Source of the DNA: Cystobasidiomycetes sp. EMM_F5
Taxonomy: Eukaryota
NCBI GenBank assembly: GCA_051047955.1
Contig: JBPGPT010000024.1
Span: forward strand, 1 to 64,000
Direction of reading: 5' to 3'
DNA: 64,000 bases
Shown here one piece after another: positions 52,991 through 64,000 of the stretch. The notes beneath the pieces are model-generated. The model was given only the letters and a program-made list of their open reading frames with translations, made no database searches and was not told where the DNA came from. A program made the position numbers and the translations under genes. Each line of letters starts with the position of its first letter. Position 1 is the first letter of the stretch.

Positions 52991-54076
52991 TCACGCTTGT
53001 CCCATCCAGTGCACTCCGTATATGTGCGCCTGTGCCTCCGGCTCGTCATAATCCGCGACAGGACTCGCCAACCATACAAAGCGAAGCTCGAAAGCTTGAC
53101 CTTTCCGCTCATCCAGCTTATCCACAGCGTTGCGAATGCTGGCCTCGGCTACATTCCATCGCAATGGAAGAACTAGAACTGTCCGCATGGCATTCTCCGG
53201 TGACACTGCAGCAGTTGTATCGTTTTGTTCGTACAGTCGGTGCAGAGTGTCGTATAGGCCAACCAGAAAGCTCACGATCTGTGTCGCGAGGGGCAACCTA
53301 ACGGTCGACATGCCGCCATAAGTCCTCCGAAATCGCCCTTCGTTAGCAAAGAAGGGTAACCAATCAAAGGTTACTTCTTGCAGAGATGGGCAACTTCGTG
53401 CCACGTCGACAATCGATTGCGCGTTAGGGATCTGGTCCTGTGCTATGAAGGTGATGTGTGTAGCTGAAGGCGTACTTTTCCCTGTCTTGAAGTCCATCGG
53501 AATTGAAATGGCACCTTCACACGGACATGCTGCCCCTCTTTGGACTAGCGAGGCACGGCGACAGGTGGAAAGATCGAAATCCTCAAAATTGAGGCTGGAT
53601 GCTGCCCTGGCGATTACCCAGAAGCGCCTATTGAACAAAGTTGTACACATCCACATCGATAACTTGCTAATATGTAGGTGCCGTAGTTTCGGAAATGGGT
53701 AAACAGACGCCACGCTTGCCAGCTCCGACAGCTTGTCGACAAGGTGACATGTAGCGGCCGGTTTGGAGAGGCTAATGTGTAAATCAACGATATGAGCCAA
53801 GTTATACAAGAGACGCTGTCGATCTACACGGGCCACATCAGCGCCGTTACACCCTTCCGAACAAGCCATCAGGACATTACCTTGGCTTGAATTGTGTTGC
53901 AATGCACACAGAAGCTTGGTCACTTGCTCGACGCTTGTTATATGTACATCTCGAAACAAGTAGGGAGTAGCGAGTCTAAGCATTGCATGTGAAAGATACG
54001 CCAACTGTCGAACAGTGGCAATGTCTGCATGCTGAAGTATAGTACGCAAGACGTCTTCATTGAGCTGCGAAGCCAT
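52991..54076 (-). CDS. F-box-like array copy 5 (most diverged)
   Basis: MASQLNEDVLRTILQHADIATVRQLAYLSHAMLRLATPYLFRDVHI (best F-box-like pattern); in-frame family intron (gtaatg...gtgtag); LVLPLRW.VAEA. Confidence 0.8.
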   Translation of the reverse strand: MASQLNEDVLRTILQHADIATVRQLAYLSHAMLRLATPYLFRDVHITSVEQVTKLLCALQHNSSQGNVLMACSEGCNGADVARVDRQRLLYNLAHIVDLHISLSKPAATCHLVDKLSELASVASVYPFPKLRHLHISKLSMWMCTTLFNRRFWVIARAASSLNFEDFDLSTCRRASLVQRGAACPCEGAISIPMDFKTGKSTPSATHITFIAQDQIPNAQSIVDVARSCPSLQEVTFDWLPFFANEGRFRRTYGGMSTVRLPLATQIVSFLVGLYDTLHRLYEQNDTTAAVSPENAMRTVLVLPLRWNVAEASIRNAVDKLDERKGQAFELRFVWLASPVADYDEPEAQAHIYGVHWMGQA

Positions 54077-54452
54077 ATCTGATGAGGTGTGGAGCCAAGG
54101 AGTGTGTTCGAAAGTCAACGAGTTACGGTCTAAATGGGCGTCCGACCGTCATGCGCTTGCAAGACAGGAACGGCGAGCTAGTACTGCACCTGGAAGTATC
54201 CTGATGGTACAGGATACACGGTAGCGTGATTCAGATGGTGTGTGCAATACGATATGCGGAAGGCAAGCCATGTTGGCCGGTTGAGTCTCTGATTAGTATA
54301 TGAGCAATTACAGTCACTTGTTGGCCCACAATAACCCTCTAATCAGTCTCTGATCAGCCCCTGCTCTTCATCCGTCTCTTCGGCTTCTCGTACTTGATTA
54401 CATCGCGAACTTCGTTGCCCGACTTCATCAGCGTGCAACATTGCCACACGAC

Positions 54453-55249
54453 CTAGAAGCGACCTTCGGTAACAACTCTGTACGATGTGTAGAGACTGCT
54501 GAAAAGGAGTGGCTATACACATCGACACATCAGACAGTCAGCATGCGGTCAATAAATGTAAGTATCCACTCGGCCTACCACAAAACCCAAGTACCCAAAG
54601 GTGCCACGCATGCGCTTCTTAGGGTCGCCGCTGCAAAAGGTAACAAAGGTGAGCAGATGAACAGATGCTGAGCGGCGACGGGCAGACGAGTAACTCACGT
54701 GGTGTAACCAAGCGTGTAGGCAATTCTTCCAGCCAGGTAGACCATGCATGCACCAGCTGCGAATTTCGGGTAGAGTACACCCGTCCACACAGTCATCACG
54801 ATGAGGGTATGTACATTCTCGAGGGTATTTCCGTGAGCACGTTGAGCGCAGTTGAAGATCTTTGCTGCTGGATTGGCCTTTTCTTGCTCTAGGCTTGCGT
54901 ACATTTGGCTGTGAATGGCCAACTCAGTACGCGATACTATACCGCTATCTGCATGAATAGAGCTCACGGATACTAGCGGTGCAAGGTCATCAGAATCCAT
55001 TCTTAGCTTCTAGGCGCATACAAATCCGTCACGAATCGAATAACTCACAGCAATACCGGCGGCTTTGCGAAGTCTGCCGGCACGCGTGCCTTGCCAGCTC
55101 TGCATGCAAGGACATCCAGCGAATCAGCCATGTATTCTCTGCTTCAATCGTCAGACGGAGAGTTTCCAACGCACAGTGACGATACCTGTGAGTGTCAGTG
55201 CGAGGCCTACATAGCCGTAGTCGCTGGGGATCAGGGACGCGAGTGACAT
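54453..55249 (-). CDS. MAPEG family microsomal glutathione S-transferase (MGST3-like)
   Basis: IPSDYGYV; RKAAGIA|YP|QMYA; FNCAQRAHGNTLEN; GRIAYTLGYT.GDPKKRMRG; includes a 5-nt microexon. Confidence 0.92.
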
Positions 55250-55452
55250 GGCGGAGTGTGAGGTCAATGAGGGTCAGTCCAATGGATGTAAGGGAAAGAA
55301 GCAAGCTGTGTTTGAATGACTGCAACAAAAGATGTTCAGATATCCGTGATCGATGAATATCGTGCCGGGTTCAGACGATGACGGCGTCCCTCGGCATCGC
55401 GCGACGATATCGGTGCGACATCCAGCGCAGAGTCAGAGTCTGACCCGATGCC

Positions 55453-56880
55453 ATGTCGGAGGATGACGGGAGCAAGGCGGATGTGGTGTCGCAGGTCGAC
55501 GTCGATGGGCTGAACACGTATCTGGTCATTGGCGGCGAGGGTAGGCTGGGTGTATCCATTGGCGCTGTTTGATTTTCCAGAGCTGACTGTCTTGTTGGTT
55601 ATCGTGCCCAGGCTTCCTCGGTCATCGGATCCTCCAAGACCTGCATGAACGGTATGGCTCGCGGTGCAAGCTGTTTTCCTCGTCGCGCAGCAGGCGGTAT
55701 ACTTGTCCAAATTGGCCATGGATACGCTGCGACCTCACTTCGGCAGACTCTATACGCGACGTCCTCGAGCAGACGGGCGCAAAGACGGTGTTTCTATCGG
55801 CAGCCAGTCACTTTGACAGTTCCATGAAGGATGCCCTGGCCATAAATGTGCAAGGAACAAAGGCAACGGTGGAAGCGTGTAGACGAGCAGGAGTGCGCCG
55901 CCTTATTCTTTCAAGCACGACAGCAGTCATCTTTAGCGGCGCTTGGGTGGAGGACGCGACCGAAGAGACGCCGTATCTAAAAGACGCTCAGCACAAGACG
56001 CCATATACACTGTCGAAATCGATGGGCGAGCAGCTGGCGATACAGGCAAACGGCAAGGATGGTTTGCATGTGACTGCCATACGCTTGAATGCGATCATCG
56101 GGTGCGCGAAAGATCTCTATTAAAACATACCGCTAGTAACCCCAATTATCTCGTAAACAGCCGAGGCGACCAAGCAGTCATGTCCAATATCATTCCCGTC
56201 TTGAAGCATCACCAAGGATGGATTCAGATCGGGGCAAACAAGAATCTTTGCGAATTTGACCACGTCCGAAACGTCTCGCTCGGTCATATTCTCGCTTGCG
56301 AACATCTGCTCGACCCAGACGATCACTGCAAACCCGGCAACGCCGCCGGACAAGTTTTCAATATCACAGGTGGTCGTGAACAAGCGCTCCCCATCTTCAC
56401 TTTTCTACGCAAGGTCTGGAAGGAGTACAATGGATATGAAGCTCGGTTCAACCTCGTGATACCTTTTAGTGTCGCGTGGGTAATGGCAGAGGCCAACGAG
56501 GCGATATGTGCAGCTCTCGGGGTGAGAGCCTTGGGAATAAATCGTGCGGCGCTGCAGTACGCGACCGCCGCACGGTGGCACAACATTGATAAGGCGAAAC
56601 GCTTGTTGGGCTATGAGCCCGTCTTTTCGCAGGATGATGCAATAAGGGAGGCAGTTCAGGTGGGTCATACCATCTGAAGAGGAGCTGGCAGATTTTCAAG
56701 CTGGATTGACGCGATCCCATTAATTTGCAGTACTACAAGGAAGAAGAAGCGAAAGAAGCACAGAAGGCAGCAGCGCGCAAGGCTTCGATTCCGGACAGGC
56801 CGCTTATGACACAGAGCAACCTCGTCGTTGCTTATTGTATACTCTGGCTGGCGATCATTGCCGTGTACGCATCGTGGTGA
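55453..56880 (+). CDS. 3-beta-hydroxysteroid dehydrogenase/decarboxylase (Erg26/NSDHL-like) with C-terminal hydrophobic tail
   Basis: YLVIGGEG|FLGHRI, INVQGTKATVEACRRAGV, PYTLSK (YxxxK), GQVFNIT, IDKAKRLLGYEP; last exon ends LVVAYCILWLAIIAVYASW*. Confidence 0.85.
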
Positions 56881-57269
56881 CCCGTCACTACATACCTTTC
56901 ACGAACGAAGCGAGAGGAGGCAGGTCGAAAGTCAATAACACATAGCAAAACTTCCAGTATCCTTTGGTCTGCTTTTTCTGGTAGTAGCCCGAAGTTGGGT
57001 TTCGGAGTCTGACAGTGTGGAGATGACTAGCTCTGAGCATGTTGTTGAATGAACTCTTACAAATGCTACTTTCTACCTTGACCCGCCGTCGGGCTTGCTT
57101 GCTTGTCGCTTGTCGCTGTACCTGAGGCGTGCCACTCCGCTCTCTTTGTCGACCCGTAATTTTCTGGCAACAACTCGCGCAAACGACAACAGCTTGGACT
57201 CTGAATAGCACGACGACATAGGCTACTGAATACTGCTACGACTACAACACCCAACGTACTGGTCACACA

Positions 57270-58224
57270 ATGGGCGGCGAAAGCTACCAGGATCTAGTGG
57301 GTGCGTTAGAGTGCTGCCCGACCGTCTTGTTTTTTTGGACGGCAACGCGCGTAGATTTGGCTGAATATGCTACTCTGCAAACAGCACGGATTCACTACAG
57401 CGAGTACGTGGTTGATTTGGCCTAGCTGGACGTGTCGGACCTCACAGACCGCTGACATTTTTGCCCCCCCCTACCGCACCTGTCGAACCGTTTGATTATT
57501 GCAATGTACGACCTCGGCCAACGAAACACTGTCTGAAACCCCGCTCGACCTGGCTTTTAACTCTTCTCTAGTCGATACTCGGACGACGTCTGGGAATACA
57601 GACATGTTATCCTACCTAAAGCATTGTTAGCGCAGTCAGTCCGCAACGAGACAGCAATGGAGAAGGGGCTGATACAGGCCACGACATCTGCACTTCCACA
57701 CAATGACTTGCAATGACATACTACAGACTGAAACAGATCAAGGGCGAATTCTTTGATGAGCATGGAACACTGCGGTTATTGACAGACAAGGTAAGCTGAT
57801 CTCGACAGTCTAATGCCATTAAACCTGACCAAGCCGCGTAATCTTCAGGAGTGGAGAGGTACTACCTGCAACTGGTGTTGCAATTCAAACACTGATATCC
57901 GAATCCCTCAGGAATCGGTATTACACAGTCTATGGGTTGGGAACACTGTGAGTTGTCAGCTCGACGATTCGAGACGCGTTCTGACCAGGCTGATTGGGCA
58001 TCTGCAGACGAAGTACACGGTGGGCATCAGCCGTGCAGTAAACGACGCGTTCTCTGATGTATAACCTCTTGTTGTCAGCGCCTGAACCGCATATCCTGCT
58101 GTTCCGCCGCGAAAGAGACTATCAAGACAAGTCAGTATCGTCTGTCGGACTTAGGTATAGACTATGATTTGACACCTACTCATATGCGCACAGATACGGA
58201 CCTCACGGCAAGCCGGCGGCGTAG
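57270..58224 (+). CDS. CKS1: Cyclin-dependent kinase regulatory subunit Cks1/Suc1 (9 exons; absent from ORF track)
   Basis: Spliced product [112 protein letters not shown]. Confidence 0.93.
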
Positions 58225-58456
58225 TCCTGCTCTATTACAGACCAGCTTTCGCGATGGTTGATCATGACCGTCACACTTTTTCGTACATTTCGCCCGGAGC
58301 AAGCGCGCATAGCACTGTTATATCGTCGTTGTTACTGTCGTTATATAGCATATCAGAAAGAGCACTGTCAATTTTTCGTGTCATCTTCTTGGTCGTTCCT
58401 GTACCGCGACTTTCGCTTCAGGCTCGCAGCAAATCTCCAAACTCAAACCCAGCACA

Positions 58457-60955
58457 ATGTCTGATACAGCAACGCCGGACGCTTCCACGGAGCAGCCGTC
58501 TGGACTTGGCAAGGCGCAGACTACGCCTCAGCGAATTCCATCGTCAGCCTTCAAGGCTCGCCTGGCTGCGTTTGAGAGTGGAGCTGCAGCCAATTCCTCG
58601 TCGGCAAAGTACGATGCTGCTGCTGCGTTGGCTGCCAAAGGTGTCACTGCCGCCGACTTGGGCTCGCTGCGCTCTCGTTTCGACAAGGACGACAAGCCGT
58701 TGGTCGTCAAAGGGTCATTTGGGCTGGGAGCGACTGCTTCGACTGGCAAAGACGGATCACCGGGTAGCCATTCCGGTACCGAAAGACCTGTTGCACTTGG
58801 AATCGGCCGTGCAGTGTCCCCCATGCAAGCGCCATCCGTCATTGTCCCAGAACGTCAACAATCATCCCCTAGCTTGACCTCTTCTTTGAGCAGCTCTCGC
58901 CGTCCAGCTTCTCTACGCTCTGATTCTACTCTTTCTACCGTTTCCGGTACTGCTTCAGCCGGCTCCTCGCTGCTGCCGGAACGAGTATCGTCTTTGATGG
59001 CTCACTCTGGCAGTGCAGCATCTGACGGCGTCGATACTAGCGGTTTGAGGACGCCAATGTCATCCATCTCTCTCTCGTCAATGCTTGTTGAATCGGGTTC
59101 TGTCGCTGGCGACTCAAACACTGATCGCGGGTCTGTCGCCGCTCCAGAGGATGTCAGCGAACGTCATCCCGAGACACCCAGTGCAGCTGAAGAGGCACTC
59201 ACTCCTGGAGCGCTAGAGAATGATGACTACCTAGGCAGCTCAGCAACCAAGCCTGGTGATGTGTTGACGGAAGGCGACGGCGTTGAGCTGTCTGCTGCTC
59301 AGCTCGAGAGAAAAAGGCAGGGATCCATCAGTCAAGGAGCAGAAGATAGTACGAACGACGGCAATGTCACCGACGGCGCTGTAGAGAGGGCCGCGAAAGA
59401 ATTGGAAAAGTATACCCTGGAAGAACCTCGGGAGCCTGCACAAGCAGCGTCGACGATTGAGGCGGTCTCGCTCCCGCTTGAACAAGCGTCATCCTCGTCA
59501 CCCGGCCCTCTGCTTAGCGCGGATAGTATCGAGAGCTCTGCGGGTCGCAAAAGTCCACAGAGTCTTTCTCGGCCGGCTTCGTATGTTTCAGGCCTGCGAC
59601 GGTCTTCCACAAACGCCTCACTGCGTTCAGAAGCGAGTCAACCTGAAGCAGACCTGGCAGACGCAAATTTGGACACATTTGCCGCTGGCGACAATGACAT
59701 TCCCGTAACCCACACAACAGCGCTAGGCACCGATATGAAGGGCAACAGTACCCCGCCGGCAGTCTCGGCAGGTCCTGTGTCTCCACCTGCGACAGCCACA
59801 GACGAAGAGAAAGCAAAATTCGTCTTGGACAGCATGGTCCCCACAAATTCGTCTGGCAACGAAAGCGGAGAAGTGACTGAAACAACTCTGGCAGCCGGAC
59901 GTGATGAGCCTTCAGACATGCCAGCTGAAGTCGGTGACGAGAGCACTGAAGTAGACGAAGACGGAATGCCGCTCGTCAAGTGCTCAGACTGCGGCAAGAA
60001 ATTGTCTCTTATGTCGCTGAGCGAGCACACTTGCGCGAAGATTGCCTCATCGCCTAGTACCGCGAAGTTGTCTGGCCGCGAAGGTGTCGAGATGCCAGAT
60101 GTACCTACAAGTGAACATTCCGCCTCACCCGCTCCATCTCCAGCCCCAGCTCATCGAGAGCTGCCTGGCAGTTCTGTAGCGCATTCGCATGCACAGCCAG
60201 ATGTTCCTGATGATGCTGTAGAGAGCGTGCTTGATGAGTACGATGACCCTGCTCCGCGAGAATGTGAGTTGTCGTGATAGTATGAAAGAGATTGGAACCG
60301 ATTTGACTGATTCACGCAGGATCGTCAATGTATCGCAGCTCCTGCTGGAAGCTCGAGTCTTGCGCGAGACACGAGCATGGACCGCCGCATCTATGCCAGC
60401 AACATCGCCGACCGAGGCGATCCTGACGAGTACCACACTGCTCTTACTTCGCATCGCGATTCGATCGATGAGGGTCAGATTGAGCGTCCGATCATGGGCC
60501 GTGGACACACGTCAGGCAACGACGAAGCGTTTGCTGTAGACGACTCACAAGAGGAAAAGGAGGAATTATCGAGCTATGCTCTGAGCAGCACTCAGGCAGA
60601 TAACGGCGATGGGACAGCTCATCACTTTGCCGATAACAAGCCATCAATACTGAACGTGGGCATCAAAAGCAGACGTGCCGATTCGCCTTCGCCTGACAAA
60701 GTGGCCGAACCTTCCCCAACTGCGTCATCCCTTTCTCCTATTACCGACCCACACAATCGATCTCCTATACCCAGTCTGACGCCCTGCATGCCTTTACCGC
60801 CCCTATCAGCTTCCAGTATGAGCAGCAGTAGCAGCATGGACGATTTCGAAAACAGCATGGCCAACTTTCCAGCAGGCGTCAAGCGCAGTTTCAGTTCGAG
60901 CAGCAGACCAGCTCGGGCTGAAGAGCCGGGCACAGTCACAATTATTCGTCAGTAA
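58457..60955 (+). CDS. Ser/Pro/acidic disordered protein with one C2HC-type zinc-knuckle motif; function unknown
   Basis: 606-codon ORF plus in-frame downstream exon via intron 60264-60338; motif VKCSDCGKKLSLMSLSEHTC; N-terminal AFKARLAAFE / KGSFGLGA block. Confidence 0.75.
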
Positions 60956-61202
60956 GCGCAAACGCTATTTTGTTCAGAAAGTATCGTCCCATTTCGCAAA
61001 ACTTCAGTAGCATTCGTTTGTCCTCGTTGACGTTTTCAGTAGTTCAATCGTTCACGATGCAAACTAGTATACAGCTCCCGACATGTCATTTCGTTGTTTT
61101 CTTACTGCTCTCATCTCTCACCCACATGCTACAACAAACCGAAAAGACTACGTTGTCGTTCACCGAGTCCACATGCTAGCAGATTGTAAGTATTCAGACT
61201 GC

Positions 61203-63023
61203 TCAAAACTGTCATGAGTGTTTGCAAACGCTCAGCTGCCATTTGCAAATTTTGTGCGAGAGGTGGACATACGCGAATCTGATATGTTCCGTTCGACTTT
61301 GTGAGATACCTGACCCACTTTACGGAATTGTAGTTTGACTTTTCGAATACCTTGAGGAAGCGAACGAGTAGTCCAGACGCCGTAAACATGAGGACCTGGA
61401 AATCGACAGAGATGGGTGGTCTCGACCAGGGTTTCTGATGGGTCGTTGCTGTCCGAGTCAGATTTGCGGTGAATGTCACATCGGCCTGGCCTTGTATGCG
61501 TGGGATCCTGTTTGTGGCAGCGCAGAAAGTCAGGATATCGGGCGACATGTAAGGGCAAGGGGGTATGACTAGGGCGTACTTCCATACTATCGTATTATCA
61601 CTTGGGTTGTACTTCGCTTTACCCAAAGTGACTTTTATATCGACAGTTGCGGTGTTGAGTGGTGTCGGAATCTTGAGTACTACATTACTCGCATTCAATT
61701 TCGGTGAAAAGGTCGTTCGGACTTGAATCGTATACTCTACTCTGGTCTTTCCAATCTCTTCGACAATCGGGTGGACCTTGAAAGGTAGATTGACATTTGT
61801 CGTAGAGCGATATCGCATCAGCTCGAATTCGCCGTCTGGAGGAATAAAGGAGATTGTACGGTCGATGTCGAATTTGCCGAGCTTTACGCACTGGTGGAAT
61901 TGGCAGTCGTCTAGCTCTACTGCTGATGGTTCTGGGCCGGAGAGAGTGGAAGTATTACGCTGTGCGGCTCTGACAAGTGTATCATTCGATCATTCAGTGT
62001 GACCCATGTGGTTGGGGCGTTTGCCGACAACCTACTTTCTGTCTAGTACCAGTTTGTCATTCAATCCAAATTTGCACTCTGGCGTACCGGTCAAGTATGC
62101 GCGCATGAGAATCTGACCATCCACGTCGGCCCGCAAAACTGTGCCTGGCAGCATGCGGAATCAGCGCTTTTGTCTGCGACGAATATTTCAAGAATGCCTG
62201 CCCACCTTTGCCAGACATGAGCAGATTGACGCTCTCAATAACGTCTACAAACGCTTCGTTCTTGCGATACTTGACATCTGCTCTTCGCCAGGACGTGGCT
62301 CCTGTAGCCTGTATTGTGATTTTAGATGATTCTTCCCGCTGCGAAACATAGACCTCGTCAGTATTCACGTGATGCTACAATGAGTGTTGCACCCTCACCA
62401 CTGCCTGCTCGCTCTTGACGCTCTCTGTCGTAATGTACATCTTGAGGGTGTCAGTCTCGCTGTTCTGAGGGTAGCCAAAGTCGAGGATTTCTAAACATGC
62501 ACAAAGCTAGGTTAGGCGAGAGTACAGGTTTGACGGGTATAGACACCACCCTACCATCGAGCAATTCGTAAATCAAGACAAAGTTGTCCTTTACGCTCTC
62601 CTCGTCGAGCTTGCCAAAGTAGCTCCTCCCTATATTGATGACGCGGTAGCAGAATTCAAATACCATTGCAGCATTGACGTTTGTCTTTGTTACGCATGCG
62701 AGGTAGAGGTTTAGGTGACGGACGTGGAAGAAGGACGTGCTGCCGAGGGTGATGATGGGAGCGCGCACGTCGGCATTGGCGACGACGTGGATACGAAAGA
62801 CTTCAGAGATGGAGCGTCTGGACGAGTCGACGTGCAGAGCATGGGATTATCAGCGCCGTCAAGTTGGCTGCTGAGGTCTGGTCAATGAGCCCACTTTACA
62901 TCTGGCCTGAAGACTCTCGATATGAGCACTTCGCCTACGCTACGACATCAGCGCCAGGCAGCCATGACTGAGAATACTGCTGCACACACCCTTGAGGTTC
63001 AGGATGAAGAATGCCGATATCAT
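61203..63023 (-). CDS. APM4: AP-2 clathrin adaptor complex mu subunit
   Basis: [88 protein letters not shown]; ends YQIR|F*. Confidence 0.96.
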
Positions 63024-63613
63024 GGCGGGCGATGATGGTTGTTGCTGCAGCTGCCAATGCTGGACAGTAGCTATTCAGACGACGACCGGGTCGATGTATC
63101 GTCCAAGTCTGCCAGTCAGGCCCTCAGAGCATCACCCAGTCTGTGGTCATGGATGGGTCATGGTGTACCATAATGGTCAATATGGTCAATTCAGGAGCAC
63201 GTTTAGAACCTCTCAACAACGAGACAAGGCATAGACTGATGCGATGTAATATACCGCTGACACTGATGGAGCACAAATATGTACCATACACAGCTGATGG
63301 ATGACCGTGCTCAAGGCTGGTGCTGACAGCGGCTGACAAGCGATGGACCTCGAAGAACCATCAAATGAGCCATCCAGCTACCAAATACCACTCGATGAAA
63401 GCGCAAAGGCTGAGAACGTCGAGCTGGGCAGCGCTGACTCGCAAGAAGGCAGTCGCATGCGTCGCTTGTCGCCCAGTCACTCCTCCGTCTTCCGTCGCGC
63501 AACCGCACTACGGGGCTACCTCGAGACCTAACTTACATATGGTCAGCACGAAAGCTCCGCTTTGACGACTCAATGCTGCTTGAGTAAGAGCCGAGAACGG
63601 AGTCGCGCAAGAT

Positions 63614-63892
63614 ATGTCAGGCAGCATGCAGCAGGGCAATCGCCCCTCCTCGTCGCAGCAGCAGCAGCAAACTAGGCTACCCACCATCGATTTTACCTTT
63701 TCCGATACCATTCCTCCTGTGAACGATCTGAGTACTGGCAATCCTTTTCAAATGTCTGGCTCATCGCTCGCATCCTCTACTGGCTCGTCTTCGTTTACTT
63801 TGTCGATATGCGAACGTCGAGCAAACAGCAGTCGACCTCCCCCGCTGAAAATCTTAGAGGGCAGTAATCTCTCTGCCGGCCCGATTCAGTAG
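63614..63892 (+). CDS. Possible start or fragment of a Ser/Gln/Pro-rich gene at the window edge
   Basis: Protein-like composition (QQQQQ, ICERRANSSRPPPLKIL); the frame stays open after the TAG at 63890-63892. Structure unresolved. Confidence 0.3.
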   Translation: MSGSMQQGNRPSSSQQQQQTRLPTIDFTFSDTIPPVNDLSTGNPFQMSGSSLASSTGSSSFTLSICERRANSSRPPPLKILEGSNLSAGPIQ

Positions 63893-64000
63893 AAATACCA
63901 GCATCTCCAGCCATGGAAGCAGCTCGTCTCGTCTCAGCAAGGACGAGCAGCTTCTCCGCTGTCCTCCGCCTCCTCTCTAACTCTACGCATCGCGACGCCG

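Noticed and set aside
47371..54300. F-box-like array nested inside a giant SEC3 intron
   Set aside because: The candidate donor lies after the in-frame TAG, and no Sec3_C exons follow the array.
56888..57211. 107-aa minus-strand ORF between the ERG26-like gene and CKS1
   Set aside because: Non-ATG start, no motif; overlaps the expected 3'UTR/promoter.
57488..57540. Box C/D-like ttgatta...ctga with gttt/aaac ends in CKS1 intron 2
   Set aside because: Only ~50 nt, the C box is non-consensus, and no guide sequence is recognisable.

Overview
Gene-dense eukaryotic DNA with short GT-AG introns (mostly ~45-80 nt). The gene content points to a basidiomycete fungus, probably a Pucciniomycotina-type yeast (inference). 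Recognisable genes: 3' end of a probable kinesin-4-type coiled-coil protein, MCH-type MFS transporter, White-collar-2 PAS/GATA factor, tannase/feruloyl esterase, RPL6, Kcs1-type inositol polyphosphate kinase, an intronless NAD(P)-binding reductase, a C-factor-like SDR, a second MFS, a half-size ABCG transporter, a Moco-sulfurase-like PLP enzyme, PEP4, a GABA/APC permease, CBK1, SEC3, MAPEG GST, an ERG26-like 3-beta-HSD, CKS1 (9 small exons, missed by the ORF track) and AP-2 mu. Main oddities: (1) SEC3 stops at the start of its Sec3_C region, right where a tandem array of five diverged F-box-like genes begins. (2) A tandem triplet of orphan ~140-160 aa proteins; the latest ~1.31 kb duplication also copied the CBK1 leader and start codon. 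(3) Three nearby disordered proteins share a short (S/K)(V/I/L)(R/K)F-x-x-LP(E/D) motif resembling a PP1-docking RVxF site. (4) A hidden two-exon, 8-Cys knottin-like secreted peptide. I found no rRNA, tRNA, CRISPR or transposon coding sequence. Gene models were spliced by eye, so exon boundaries are predictions.
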